Shown: in pieces, positions 8,048-18,012 of the stretch | Layout of the letters: every line of letters starts with the position of its first letter | Position numbering within the stretch: the first letter of the stretch is position 1 | Source: Candidatus Bathyarchaeota archaeon | GTDB lineage: Archaea > Thermoproteota > Bathyarchaeia > TCS64 | NCBI GenBank assembly: GCA_030613835.1 | Contig: JAUWLH010000002.1 | Span: 1 to 36,522 of the forward strand | DNA length: 36,522 nucleotides | Direction: 5' to 3' | Program-made: the position numbers and the translations under genes | The notes under the pieces: generated by a model | Database searches by the model: none | Seen by the model: only the letters and a program-made list of their open reading frames with translations | What the model was told of the DNA's origin: nothing

Positions 8048-9325
8048 TTAGAGTTCGGCTATCTTTGGCTCTTCTACAAACAGGAGGAATAATATCCCGA
8101 ACACGAAAAGTGCCACAGACATAATCTGCCAGGGTAGTGCGTTGTTATAGCGGTACAGGTATCCACTTAGGAGCATTCCAACTGTCTGGAGGGACTTTCC
8201 CAGTATCCCGCTGCCGTAGGCTCCTCTCATGATCCATACGCCTCCTCCTCCGATGGACGCAAGAATCCTACCCCTCTGATCCTTGGGGGTCATGTTGGCG
8301 AAGAGGCTCTGGAAGCTGGGGTTCATGAGGCTGTTAGTTAGTGTAGTGAAGACCGCGAGGATGACGACGTGTGTGTATGTTATGCATAGCAGGAAAGCGT
8401 ACACCTGTATGGCACCGATGATCATACATATCCCTGCGATATTCTTCTTGCTGAACCTGTCAACTATGCTTCCCGCGGGTATACCCAAGATTACGCTGAC
8501 AGCACCCGAAATGAGGATAACGTTTGCCCATTCAGAGACGCTGAGACCAATGATCTCCTGAGCCCTTATTATCCAGAAGCTGCTGGTCAGGGAGCCGAAT
8601 AACACCGAGAATGAAACCAAGAAGGATAGGGTGTAGAGCTTCTTTGGTATATCCTTCAGCACACTGAACACGCTTTTGTAGGACTTGACGACAAGAGCAG
8701 GGAACTTGGAGATGCTGAGGTCTATGGTCTTGGGATTGGATACCGTCTCCTTGAGGAACTTGAACCTGAAGAGTGCTATCCCAGAGGCGACAAAGAAACT
8801 CATGATGTACAGGCCCTTCATGGCGGTGATCATGCCGAACCTGTCGATGACGTAGCTACCGATGATAGGGGCAGCCATCCCGAAGGCGCTTGGTATGGCC
8901 ACAGTGGTTGCGAAGCCGATGCCCCTCTTCACAGGCGGGATGGAGTCCGCGATGAGAGCCTGTCTGGCCGGGAAGTAGAACGTAACCAGGCTCTGTATGA
9001 ACATCCCTACCGCTAGCCACTGCCACGTGTTCGTGAACCCGTTGATAAGGAACCCGATACCGTAGACGAAGGTCATGGTGGAAATGAGTTTTATCCTGCC
9101 CTGGTAGTCAGCGATGTACCCGCCTACTGGGTACAGGATGAGGCTAGCAGCGTTCCCTATGGCCATGATGATGCCGATGGTCTCATAGCTGCCACCTAGC
9201 TCAATGACGTATAGTGGAAGGAAGGGCCAGATAATGTCCACCGTGGCACGCCATATGCACTCGCATATGGTCATGACTAGGACGTTACCCTTCATGAAAC
9301 TGAATATGTCCTTGACTGTCTGCAC
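8048..9325 (-). CDS. MFS transporter
   Basis: 425 aa with about 12 hydrophobic segments. Motif A variants GYIADYQGR and GSIVDRFSKK. GTG start. Confidence 0.9.
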   Translation of the reverse strand: MQTVKDIFSFMKGNVLVMTICECIWRATVDIIWPFLPLYVIELGGSYETIGIIMAIGNAASLILYPVGGYIADYQGRIKLISTMTFVYGIGFLINGFTNTWQWLAVGMFIQSLVTFYFPARQALIADSIPPVKRGIGFATTVAIPSAFGMAAPIIGSYVIDRFGMITAMKGLYIMSFFVASGIALFRFKFLKETVSNPKTIDLSISKFPALVVKSYKSVFSVLKDIPKKLYTLSFLVSFSVLFGSLTSSFWIIRAQEIIGLSVSEWANVILISGAVSVILGIPAGSIVDRFSKKNIAGICMIIGAIQVYAFLLCITYTHVVILAVFTTLTNSLMNPSFQSLFANMTPKDQRGRILASIGGGGVWIMRGAYGSGILGKSLQTVGMLLSGYLYRYNNALPWQIMSVALFVFGILFLLFVEEPKIAEL

Positions 9326-9418
9326 TTTAATCCCCCGTGAATGGGCACCTAGAATGGGCTATCGGTTTTAAGTTTAACCACACCTCTTTTAATCCACTAG
9401 GAAAATACTGTGAATGAA

Positions 9419-9763
9419 ATGGCGGCCAAGAAGGACAAGATCACATGGGTTACGTGCCCGGACTGCGGCAGCAAGATAGGTATAGTGATATCAGTGGGGA
9501 AGGCAGACGCCACCCAGGTTATCCACGAGCACAGAGAGGACTGGCCGCCCGCAGGAGCCCAGCCTACAGATGCAAGATCTAGACTGCAAGCCGCAGGAAT
9601 CGATATGTCCCAACTTGATATCGAGGAAGGCGACGAGGTCATATCGGTGAGCCCTAAAAAGTTCCTAGGGGACCAGTGGGGCCCCATAAACGAGGCAATG
9701 AGGACCATCGGCGGCAACTGGGTGAGGGACGGCAGGAACAGCCGCTGGGAAATCCCCAAGTAG
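9419..9763 (+). CDS. Hypothetical protein with an N-terminal CPDC knuckle
   Basis: Ordinary coding composition. WVTCPDCGSKIG at the N-terminus and a Trp-rich C-terminal domain, followed by a T-tract. Start set to the ATG at 9419. Confidence 0.7.
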   Translation: MAAKKDKITWVTCPDCGSKIGIVISVGKADATQVIHEHREDWPPAGAQPTDARSRLQAAGIDMSQLDIEEGDEVISVSPKKFLGDQWGPINEAMRTIGGNWVRDGRNSRWEIPK

Positions 9764-9889
9764 GGTAACTGTAATCTATTATTATGGGTATTTTTTTTGT
9801 CCAATTGCTATCCGGCTAATCCAAGATAACATTGGGCCTTAAATTCATGGAAAAAATTGTGTGATACCTAATGATATGTGGTGACAACA

Positions 9890-10093
9890 TTAACCCAGGA
9901 TATCAGCTATGATCTCCTTGACCCACCTGCCGATGCCCGAGATCTTCCCAACCCGTTCCAGGTATTCTATCCACGTTAAGCCCAAGGCGTACCTCCACTT
10001 CGGGTAACCTTCTTCTAATTTCGCGTAAGCGAGGCCGTGCTGAGTGCAGTAGACGCCTTTCTCGACCTTCCTCTTACATACTCTGCAACTCAT
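9890..10093 (-). CDS. Small hypothetical protein with a CxxC...CxxH motif, downstream of topA
   Basis: MSCRVCKRKVEKGVYCTQHG... The ATG lies 1 nt after the topA stop. Confidence 0.75.
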   Translation of the reverse strand: MSCRVCKRKVEKGVYCTQHGLAYAKLEEGYPKWRYALGLTWIEYLERVGKISGIGRWVKEIIADILG

Positions 10094-10094
10094 C

Positions 10095-11876
10095 TCAGTT
10101 TCTCCTAGTGAGGTTTGCACCTATCTCGACTTCCTTATCCTTGAATCGCTTCAGTATCACGTCGAGTTTTGATATAGTCTCATCTATTACCTCGTCGGCC
10201 GAGACCTTACCTGATTCAATACCGTCTAGCTGGGCTTCTAGGGTCCTCGTCAGCCGGACATCGATGATATCGGGGCTGTACTCAGCGAGTACCTCGATGA
10301 CGTTTGAGCCGAGGTCGGTTAGGGCCAGCCTCTGGCTCCTGATGTAGCCTCGTCTGTGGAGGGTGTCGATGATGTTGCTCCTTGTGACCTTGGTGCCTAC
10401 GCCCTCGTCCTCCATCTTCCGCACCAGGGATGACGCCGTGAACCGGGCCGGTGGTTTAGTGTAGTGCCTCCTCGTTGATAGCTTGGTTATGGGCAGCACC
10501 TTGCCCACTTTGACCTCGGGGAGGGGTGTGTCCTTAGATTTGAAGTAGGGCCGGTAGAACACGGTCCAGCCAGGTTCTATGGTGTGGTCCCCCTTGAGGT
10601 AGAACGTGTGTCCGTTCACATCGATATCAACGGTGCTCCTTGACCTGATGAATGGCTTGCCCAATGACACCAGGAACCTCCTTACAACCAAGTCGTAGAC
10701 GTTGAGTTCCTCAGGTTTGAGCCGCCCTGGCTTGTTCCCTGTGGGGTGGATGGCGGGGTGGGCTGGGTCATCCTTCTTTCCATGCCTGGGTTTGAACCGT
10801 TTCTGGTCAATCAATGTTGAAACATCACCCTCGTACCTCATGTTTTCTCCAAGTTTACCCAAAATCTCCCTGACATCAATGGTCGCGGGCATCCTCTGAC
10901 TGCTAGTCCTGGGGTAGCTGATGAGGGCGGAGAGGTATAACTTCTCGGCTATCTTCAGGGTCACAGCTGGGTTGTACTTAAAGACTCTGTAAGCCTCCTG
11001 CTGAAGGTTGCCTAAATTGAAGGGTGCGGGTGGCTGTGCCCTCTCTTCCTTTCCCTCAATCCCTTTGATTTTCCCTTCCTTTCCCCTGCACTCCTCGGCC
11101 ACTTTTTTCGCGTGAACCTCACGCTCCAAGCGGGGTTTTTTGTACTCCAAGGGGTAGATAATTTCATCAATTATCGTCTCGGCGGATACTTTCCAATAGG
11201 GTATCGGGACGAAGCTGTTGATCCTGGACTCAAGGTCGTACACGAACCTGAGGGTCGGGCCCTGTACTCGTCCTGTGCTCAGTGTCTTCTTGTTGTCAAT
11301 CCTCTTCTTGGCGGTGAGGGTCAGCGCCCTGCTCAGGTTTATCCCGTACAGCCAATCGGCCTCGTGCCTGACCTTTCCCGCTGCGATTACGGGGTAGTCA
11401 AGAGTTTGCCTGTTCTCCCAAGACTTGACTAGCTCGCTTTCTGTGAGGTTGTTGAAGAGCATCCTCTTTGATTTGCCCAGTGCAGTCTCGCCCAGCCCGT
11501 GTTTAATGATGTTGAACGCTATGAGGCTGCCCTCCTGATCGTAGTCACAGGCACTCACGACCTCGTCGATATCATTTGCTATGTTAATTATGGCGTCCAG
11601 ATACTGTTTCGTGTAAGATGCCAGCTTGTCAACCCTGTGGCTTGGGACCCATTTGATATCATAGATAGGGTACGTCCATCCTCCCCTCTTCTGGACAATG
11701 GTGTAGAGGTGACCCACCGCGCTTACCACGACTAGTTCCATCCCGGCCCTGTATGATACATAGAACGAGACCTTACCATACCTGCCCCTAGTGGGCTTGC
11801 TGTTCTCGTCCAAGGCCGCGGCTATCCTCTTGGCTGATGACGGTTTCTCGGTGATGACAAGTGCTCGCTTGGACAA
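10095..11876 (-). CDS. topA: DNA topoisomerase IA (archaeal topo I/III)
   Basis: Toprim ITEKPS and CDYDQEG, STGRVQGP, catalytic ISYPRT, and AHPAIHPT. TTG start. Confidence 0.96.
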   Translation of the reverse strand: MSKRALVITEKPSSAKRIAAALDENSKPTRGRYGKVSFYVSYRAGMELVVVSAVGHLYTIVQKRGGWTYPIYDIKWVPSHRVDKLASYTKQYLDAIINIANDIDEVVSACDYDQEGSLIAFNIIKHGLGETALGKSKRMLFNNLTESELVKSWENRQTLDYPVIAAGKVRHEADWLYGINLSRALTLTAKKRIDNKKTLSTGRVQGPTLRFVYDLESRINSFVPIPYWKVSAETIIDEIIYPLEYKKPRLEREVHAKKVAEECRGKEGKIKGIEGKEERAQPPAPFNLGNLQQEAYRVFKYNPAVTLKIAEKLYLSALISYPRTSSQRMPATIDVREILGKLGENMRYEGDVSTLIDQKRFKPRHGKKDDPAHPAIHPTGNKPGRLKPEELNVYDLVVRRFLVSLGKPFIRSRSTVDIDVNGHTFYLKGDHTIEPGWTVFYRPYFKSKDTPLPEVKVGKVLPITKLSTRRHYTKPPARFTASSLVRKMEDEGVGTKVTRSNIIDTLHRRGYIRSQRLALTDLGSNVIEVLAEYSPDIIDVRLTRTLEAQLDGIESGKVSADEVIDETISKLDVILKRFKDKEVEIGANLTRRN

Positions 11877-11960
11877 CCTGATACATAGCTAGCTGATACC
11901 CCATTATCTCTTATGGTCACATCGATAGGGTTATTGGACACGTGCCCAGAATCTTCAGGG

Positions 11961-12485
11961 ATGCAGCAGCGTATAACAGCAGTTCTGACGCAGGGCAAGG
12001 TCATCGTGCCATCTCAGAGTGACGCGGACAGCCTGTACCAGGACGGTTACGGGTACCGGATGAATCACGAGCACTACATGTATCCAGCTGAGATACTTTT
12101 CACTGTGTACAGAAACAAGATCGCCGTCGTTGACGAGGATTCAAACAAGACGCTGAGCTTCACCGAGCTGCTGCACGTGTTATCAGCTGAGACTCCTAAC
12201 CTGTGGACAAACTTTATTGTTTTCAAGGACCTGCGCACACGTGGCTTCATCATCAAGATCGAGAAAGAAAGGTTTCTCATCTACGAGAGGGGGACATACA
12301 GGAAGACTCCTCCGAGCTACGTCATTCACATCTTCTCAGAGGGAAAACCCCAGAGCCTCACCGAGTTCATAGAGGAACTGAGGGCCACAGAGAAGGATGG
12401 TTATGAGATGAAGGTGGCCGTTGTTGATAGAAGAGGTGAGATAGTGTTCTACAGCGTCACCGAGACCCAGTTACTGAAGGACTGA
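11961..12485 (+). CDS. endA: tRNA-splicing endonuclease subunit, probably structural (non-catalytic)
   Basis: VFKDLRTRGF, IYERG and AVVDRRGEIVFY are present, but the catalytic GxKYG, His and Lys segments are not evident. The start may be 11913 or 11961. Confidence 0.8.
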   Translation: MQQRITAVLTQGKVIVPSQSDADSLYQDGYGYRMNHEHYMYPAEILFTVYRNKIAVVDEDSNKTLSFTELLHVLSAETPNLWTNFIVFKDLRTRGFIIKIEKERFLIYERGTYRKTPPSYVIHIFSEGKPQSLTEFIEELRATEKDGYEMKVAVVDRRGEIVFYSVTETQLLKD

Positions 12486-13760
12486 GACAAGCTCGTCAAG
12501 TTTGATCTTGGTCTGTTCACCTGATTTCATGTCCCTGACCGTCACGGCTTCCTCAGCTAGTTCACGTTCACCTACGACGACAACCTTCAGGATGCCCTTC
12601 TTGTCCGCGAACTCAAACTGCTTTCCGAGCTTCCTGCCCATCATGTCAACAATGGTTGGAATGTTCTCAGCGCGTAGCTTCTGGGCGATCTTGATGGCCT
12701 CTTCGATGACCTTTTTGTTCACCGGGGCCACATAGACCTTGGCTCCGAGAGCCATATCAGCAAACGCACCTTTCTTCTCAAGGATAAGAGTCACCCTGTC
12801 CACACCGAAACTGACACCAGTAGCGCATGTGGGTGATCCACCGAACAACTCGACGATCTCGTCATATCTTCCGCCTCCTGCTATGCTTCCATAGTTCTCA
12901 TAGCCCTTGGCGATGACCTCGAACACGGGTCCAGTATAGTAGTCCAAACCCCTAGCAAGGCTGAGATCGACACTGATGTACTGGGCGAACCCAAACGCCT
13001 TGGCGAACTTGTACAGCTCCTCAAGAGCCTTGCAACCTTTAACGCCGGCCTCGTAGTTCTGAAGCATTACTTTGGCCTGATCAAGTACCTCACTTGGATT
13101 CCCTTTCAATCCAAGCAAGTCCAGGAGTTTCATGCTTGTCTCTTCATTCGGAGAGATGCCCCTGAGCTCATCTATGACTCCTTCCCTGCCTATCTTACCT
13201 AGCTTGTCGACGGCTCGGAAAGCGTCAAGACTCTTTTCCTCGGGGATACCAGCTAGCTGAATGATGCTCTTGAGTATCCTTCTGTCGTTGAGGATTATTG
13301 TAAAGCCCTCAAACCCAAGCCTACTAAAGGCGTCCACAACTGCGGATAGCACCTCGGCATCGGCAATACTCCCCTCGACACCGAAGATATCAACATCAGC
13401 CTGCCAGAATTCCCTGAACCGTGTTTCGCTGGGTCTCTCATACCTCCAAGTTGGCCCGATAGTGTAACGTTTGAATGGCTTTACAAGGTTACGATGTGTT
13501 GCCACCACTCTGACGGTGCTCGCGGTATGCTCGAATCGAAGCGCAAGCTCCCTGTCGGATTTATCCTTGAAGTTATAGATCTGGTTTATTATGTCTTCCC
13601 CGCTCTTGATCATCAGCATCTCCAGGTTCTCAAACGCAGGTGTACCTAGTGGCTCGAAGCCGTATGCCTCGTAGACCTCTCGTACCTGGTCGATTACCCA
13701 GTTCTTTTTCTGCTGGTCGTCGGGGAGATAGTCCCGTGTACCGCGTGGTGGCTGGAACAT
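12471..13760 (-). CDS. hisS: Histidine--tRNA ligase
   Basis: Motifs PRGTRD, WRYERP, RFREFWQ, ARGLDYYTG and GGGRYD, plus a C-terminal anticodon-binding domain. Confidence 0.97.
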   Translation of the reverse strand: MFQPPRGTRDYLPDDQQKKNWVIDQVREVYEAYGFEPLGTPAFENLEMLMIKSGEDIINQIYNFKDKSDRELALRFEHTASTVRVVATHRNLVKPFKRYTIGPTWRYERPSETRFREFWQADVDIFGVEGSIADAEVLSAVVDAFSRLGFEGFTIILNDRRILKSIIQLAGIPEEKSLDAFRAVDKLGKIGREGVIDELRGISPNEETSMKLLDLLGLKGNPSEVLDQAKVMLQNYEAGVKGCKALEELYKFAKAFGFAQYISVDLSLARGLDYYTGPVFEVIAKGYENYGSIAGGGRYDEIVELFGGSPTCATGVSFGVDRVTLILEKKGAFADMALGAKVYVAPVNKKVIEEAIKIAQKLRAENIPTIVDMMGRKLGKQFEFADKKGILKVVVVGERELAEEAVTVRDMKSGEQTKIKLDELVSVLQ

Positions 13761-13793
13761 GAGTCCGATATGGGCTTTCCTCTGAATAAAAGG

Positions 13794-14429
13794 TTACCCT
13801 ACGAGGCTGGTCTCTACCCGCTCCTTGCCGCGGCCAGGATTTTTTCTCTTGAGCTTTATCATACCTATTTCGGTGGTGTTCTTGACATGGGTTCCGCCGC
13901 AATGATCCTCTATAGGTCCGCACCGCCACGTCCTTATGCCGTCTTCAGCAACCTCGATGGTGATCTCATGACCTTCAGCAAGGAAGGCGTTGATATCGTC
14001 CTCGGTCCTCTTAAGCTTCTCTGGGTCAAGACGGTTATCAGCCTTGTAGTCTGAGCGGTCCTTCTTGTCATCAACGTTTGATCCGAGGCGCTTCAGTAAT
14101 CCAAAGTTCTTGTAGAAGAAATATTCCATGATATGACTTGCGCTGTGTATCTTCATGATGTGGTATCTCCGATCCCAGTCGATTGCACCATGAACGCTAT
14201 CATCAATGGAAAAATCGGGCTCCTTTGCCATAACGTGAACATGTCTTCCATCGATGAAAATGGTATCAACGACAGTCTCTCCGTTGATAACGCCCTTGTC
14301 TCCTGTCTGACCACCTGATTTGGCGTAGAAGACCGTTTGATCTAGGACAACGTTCAATCCATTAATCTCAGATACCTTGGCATCAAACTCAGCCAGGTAA
14401 TGGTCTTCATCGTACAGTCTGGTGGTCAT
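13794..14429 (-). CDS. alaX: Alanyl-tRNA editing protein AlaX (AlaX-M type)
   Basis: FYAKSGGQTGD, plus the HSASH and CGGTH Zn motifs. Confidence 0.92.
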   Translation of the reverse strand: MTTRLYDEDHYLAEFDAKVSEINGLNVVLDQTVFYAKSGGQTGDKGVINGETVVDTIFIDGRHVHVMAKEPDFSIDDSVHGAIDWDRRYHIMKIHSASHIMEYFFYKNFGLLKRLGSNVDDKKDRSDYKADNRLDPEKLKRTEDDINAFLAEGHEITIEVAEDGIRTWRCGPIEDHCGGTHVKNTTEIGMIKLKRKNPGRGKERVETSLVG

Positions 14430-14467
14430 GAAATGGATAAAATAGGTTGTAGGAGAAAAATGTTGGC

Positions 14468-15874
14468 TTAGCCGAAAGCGCCTCTGAGGAACGGATATAG
14501 ATCCTCAACCTGTTCCTGCACCATCGTCTGATAGTACTGGTACAGTATACTAACGGCTAGCAATGCTCCCATTCCCGAACCGAAGACTCCGAAGAACTCG
14601 CTAAATGCTGCAAGGGCCCCGATAATCACACCACCTATAACGGTGATGGTCGGAATGTACCTGTTCAATAGTTTCTCCAACGGCTTCCTGCTACGCCTGA
14701 ACCCAGCGACCTGCATCCCTGACTGAAGTAGCTGATCAGCCATCTGGTCGGCTCCAAGTCCACCGATCTCAAGCCATGTTAAGCTGAAAATAAGACAGAA
14801 ACCAACAACAATCAGCAGGTAGATAATCGCCTTCATCGGGTCAGCCGCAACTCCTCCTAGACTTCCAGGGCTCGTAACATAGTAACTCAGACCACCGATA
14901 GGAGTGACCCCGTTGGTGGTCTCGTTGTACATTCCGAACATGTTCAGGAAGAAGCTACTGTTGTCTTGATTCCACCTGGTCCACACAAACTGTCCGATCA
15001 TCTGGAAGTTAGCGAACATGGCGTATGACAGGATAACTGGGATGTTGCTGACGTACAGTAGCTTGATTGGCATCTTGCTCCTGTAACCCCTGTAGCTGCC
15101 GTGGGTGATGGGTATCTCAACGCGCATCCCCTCGACGTAAACTACGAACGCAAACACCACAAGTGTCATAACGAACCCGAGCATGTCGGGGTATCCGGTA
15201 CGATAGAACCAGTCCAGAGCGGGAATACCTTGGAAGATTCCCTGTATCATGGCGATGATTGCTCCGAACGCCCTGCCATCGTTCATGGTTATGTGACTGA
15301 AGCTCATCCACCAGATGTTCTGGGTGATACCAGCAACGATGAAAAGACTGATTCCGCTTCCAATGCCCCATCCCTTCTGGATGAGCTCATCCATCATCAT
15401 AAGTACAAAACCCGCAGCTAGAAGCTGCACGAAGATCAATATAGACTGATACGAACTGATGTTTCCATACGTACCCCCCAAGATGTATAGTGAAGCCTGT
15501 ATGATAATCATCACGAAGCTGAACACCTTCTGCGCAGTCGTGAACAGCCCCCTATCTTCTGAGCTTGACCTGTCAAAGGAGATCAGCTCGGATCCCGATA
15601 GTAGCTGGATGATAAGACCCGCCGTGACGATGGGACCTATACCTAACTCCATTAGTTTACCACGGCTGGATGCGAAGATGATCCTCATGGCAGCAAACGG
15701 GTCGTTACCCGTACCCTGAGGAATGCCGTAAAGCGGCACCTCGCTCATGATCAGATAGACGATCAGTGCGCCGATTGTCCATAAAAGCCGTGTATTGAAA
15801 GGTACTTTCTTCTGAGGTGGAGCCACTTCAGGGATAAAAGGAGATATTGGTTTGAAAAGATCAAGGAATCGCAT
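14468..15874 (-). CDS. secY: Protein translocase subunit SecY/Sec61alpha
   Basis: Motifs LMELGIGPIVTAG, KGWGIGSGISLFI, PIKLLYVSNIP and RYIP. Confidence 0.97.
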   Translation of the reverse strand: MRFLDLFKPISPFIPEVAPPQKKVPFNTRLLWTIGALIVYLIMSEVPLYGIPQGTGNDPFAAMRIIFASSRGKLMELGIGPIVTAGLIIQLLSGSELISFDRSSSEDRGLFTTAQKVFSFVMIIIQASLYILGGTYGNISSYQSILIFVQLLAAGFVLMMMDELIQKGWGIGSGISLFIVAGITQNIWWMSFSHITMNDGRAFGAIIAMIQGIFQGIPALDWFYRTGYPDMLGFVMTLVVFAFVVYVEGMRVEIPITHGSYRGYRSKMPIKLLYVSNIPVILSYAMFANFQMIGQFVWTRWNQDNSSFFLNMFGMYNETTNGVTPIGGLSYYVTSPGSLGGVAADPMKAIIYLLIVVGFCLIFSLTWLEIGGLGADQMADQLLQSGMQVAGFRRSRKPLEKLLNRYIPTITVIGGVIIGALAAFSEFFGVFGSGMGALLAVSILYQYYQTMVQEQVEDLYPFLRGAFG

Positions 15875-15884
15875 TATAAATCCT

Positions 15885-16313
15885 CTATGGCTCTATGATG
15901 CTGCCACCGGCTTCTTCAATCTTTTCCTGCGCGGATGCCGTGATCTGTGCAACCTTGATGTTAAGAGGGACCTTGATGTTCCCCCTACCAAGTACTTTAC
16001 CGATACCCAGTGAGGTCAGATCCAGCTCATTACCACCCTTGATACCGTAATCAGACAGAACAGCCACCGCAAGATCGATGAGCTCACCAACGTTGATGGT
16101 CTTGATCTTTGGAACCTTGGCTGATGGAGGCAGGAACCCTTTTTTGAGGTAGCGATCCTTCTCATACTTTACGGTACGAATCCAGAAGTGCTTCCTTCCG
16201 CCTGCCCCGCCCTTACCGCCACGTCCACCGGACTTTCTGTGTTGGCCGACTTGACCCCAGCCCATGTAGCGTGAACCGCGCTGTTTTCGAACTTTACGTA
16301 GTTTGTGTGGCAT
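15885..16313 (-). CDS. rpl15: 50S ribosomal protein uL15
   Basis: RGSRYMGWG, GGRGGKG, KVLGRG and EKIEEAGG. Confidence 0.95.
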   Translation of the reverse strand: MPHKLRKVRKQRGSRYMGWGQVGQHRKSGGRGGKGGAGGRKHFWIRTVKYEKDRYLKKGFLPPSAKVPKIKTINVGELIDLAVAVLSDYGIKGGNELDLTSLGIGKVLGRGNIKVPLNIKVAQITASAQEKIEEAGGSIIEP

Positions 16314-16315
16314 AT

Positions 16316-16789
16316 CTAGCACATCCTCCTAGCTAACTCGTTGATGGCCTCGCCCCTGTAACCCAGCTCACCCTTACTCCTGTACGGGCGCTTTACGGAT
16401 TTCTTAAACCCCTTTCTGGGTGGGTGCATCCTGAAGAAAGGCTTTAGCCCTTCGATCTGGTGCATACCAACCTCGCAGTTGACCAGCTTGTTAGCTAGGT
16501 CCTCAATGCTCTTGTAGCCGAACCCCTTGACATGCTCCTCTGTGAGCCTCACTTCGCCAGGCAGCCGTCCACGTTTCTCAAGCATCTTGATAACGGTCTC
16601 GACATCGGGCTCGCCCCATGTGATCCAGTCCTTGGCCTTCTGAAGCATTCCCTTATAATCGTCCCTGTCATCGATGATGGAAGCATAGTTGTTCCTATCG
16701 ACCCTCAGAAACCTCATGGTGTCCCTCTCCCTCTGGGAGACGTTGATGGTGCCCCTGATCCTGATTACGAGGAGACATTTCTTATCCAT
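16316..16789 (-). CDS. rpl30: 50S ribosomal protein uL30
   Basis: VIRIRG, WITWGE, FRMHPPRKGF and GELGYRG. Confidence 0.95.
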   Translation of the reverse strand: MDKKCLLVIRIRGTINVSQRERDTMRFLRVDRNNYASIIDDRDDYKGMLQKAKDWITWGEPDVETVIKMLEKRGRLPGEVRLTEEHVKGFGYKSIEDLANKLVNCEVGMHQIEGLKPFFRMHPPRKGFKKSVKRPYRSKGELGYRGEAINELARRMC

Positions 16790-16793
16790 CGAT

Positions 16794-17429
16794 TTACACC
16801 CAGTCCTGAGGCGTCATTATCGCCTGAGTCTGTTTCAGAGCCTCGAATGTCGCAAACGCGAAGCTGTTAGTTGTAGTAGTTTTGCCCAATGATTTGCTCC
16901 AGCAGTCCTTGATCCCAGCCAGCTTCAGCACCTGCTTTGCGGTGTCACCGGCCACGAGCCCAAGTCCCTGAGGACCAGGTAGCAGTGTAACGACTACGCT
17001 ACCGGCCTTACCCTTTACCTTGAAAGGCAGAGTGTGACCTTCGCCGCAATCACACTCCCAGCTGCCGCATCCTCGGCGTATCGGATACAGACTCAGCTTT
17101 GCCAGCCTAATGCCCTTCTCGATGGCGTTCCTGACTCGCTTTGCCTTACCAAGTCCCACGCCGATCAAGCCGTGCTCGTTGCCTACTGCCACAAGGGCAG
17201 TGAACCTACTGGACTCACCTGCGTCTGTCTGTTTCTGAACAAGGTTGATGTTGATGACATCGTCCTTCAAATCTGGGACAAGAGCGTCCACTATCTGGAC
17301 TTCTTTTATCTTGTAGCCCTCCTCGAAGATCTCGAAGATGCTGGATATCTGTCCATCCAACACGAGTTTACCGAGCTCCGTCTTTGGAACCCAGCCCGCG
17401 AGGGATTCTTCCCGCCTTCTGTTACTCAT
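16794..17429 (-). CDS. rps5: 30S ribosomal protein uS5
   Basis: WVPKTELG, VQKQTDAGE and RRGCGSWEC. Confidence 0.97.
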   Translation of the reverse strand: MSNRRREESLAGWVPKTELGKLVLDGQISSIFEIFEEGYKIKEVQIVDALVPDLKDDVININLVQKQTDAGESSRFTALVAVGNEHGLIGVGLGKAKRVRNAIEKGIRLAKLSLYPIRRGCGSWECDCGEGHTLPFKVKGKAGSVVVTLLPGPQGLGLVAGDTAKQVLKLAGIKDCWSKSLGKTTTTNSFAFATFEALKQTQAIMTPQDWV

Positions 17430-18012
17430 CGTTGTTTTCCTCGATGTGTTTCTTGACCTCTTCGAAGTGGCTTGGAAGTGCCTCAGGTCTTAGTCCACGA
17501 CGGAGGTAGACTGAGAACCTTCTCTCGTACTCGAAGGGGTCCTCTATGTTCTTAGCGTACTCGGCTATCACCTGGCCGCTTATAGCCTCTGGTGATGGCG
17601 CGATATCGCTGTCGAATGGTATCTCGAACCCGGCATCGTTCGCTCCCTGGACCACAGCGAAGATTCTGTTACCCGAAGTAACCCTCTTCAACCCTACGTC
17701 CAGGTTCGCGTAATCGTATCCGGCCTCCTTGGCCTTCTTGCCCGCGAGGTAACCAATGAGATATGCGGCCGGGATGTTCTTGCCGCTGGCGACCCAGCCG
17801 TGCTTCGTCTTAAGCTCGTGGCTCGATGCCTTTGCGAGAACATAATCGCCCTCTATCTCGGATCTTGTTAGTTGTACCTGTATAGTCTTGTTACTGATAC
17901 GTACCACGAAGCGTGGGTGCTTTGACGTGGCTAGGACTCTCCTTGCCGCGTAGTCGGTCTTCTTCTGCCTACGCCTACGGTATGGTACCCTGTAGCTCGG
18001 TCCTTTAGCCAA
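17422..18012 (-). CDS. rpl18: 50S ribosomal protein uL18
   Basis: YRVPYRRRR...KTDY, PRFVVR and NIPAAYLIG. TTG start. Confidence 0.95.
   Translation of the reverse strand: MAKGPSYRVPYRRRRQKKTDYAARRVLATSKHPRFVVRISNKTIQVQLTRSEIEGDYVLAKASSHELKTKHGWVASGKNIPAAYLIGYLAGKKAKEAGYDYANLDVGLKRVTSGNRIFAVVQGANDAGFEIPFDSDIAPSPEAISGQVIAEYAKNIEDPFEYERRFSVYLRRGLRPEALPSHFEEVKKHIEENNDE

Noticed and set aside
9397..9804. 135-aa minus-strand ORF, and the many other short antisense ORFs inside recognised genes
   Set aside because: They are shadows of better-supported genes on the opposite strand and carry no family motifs.
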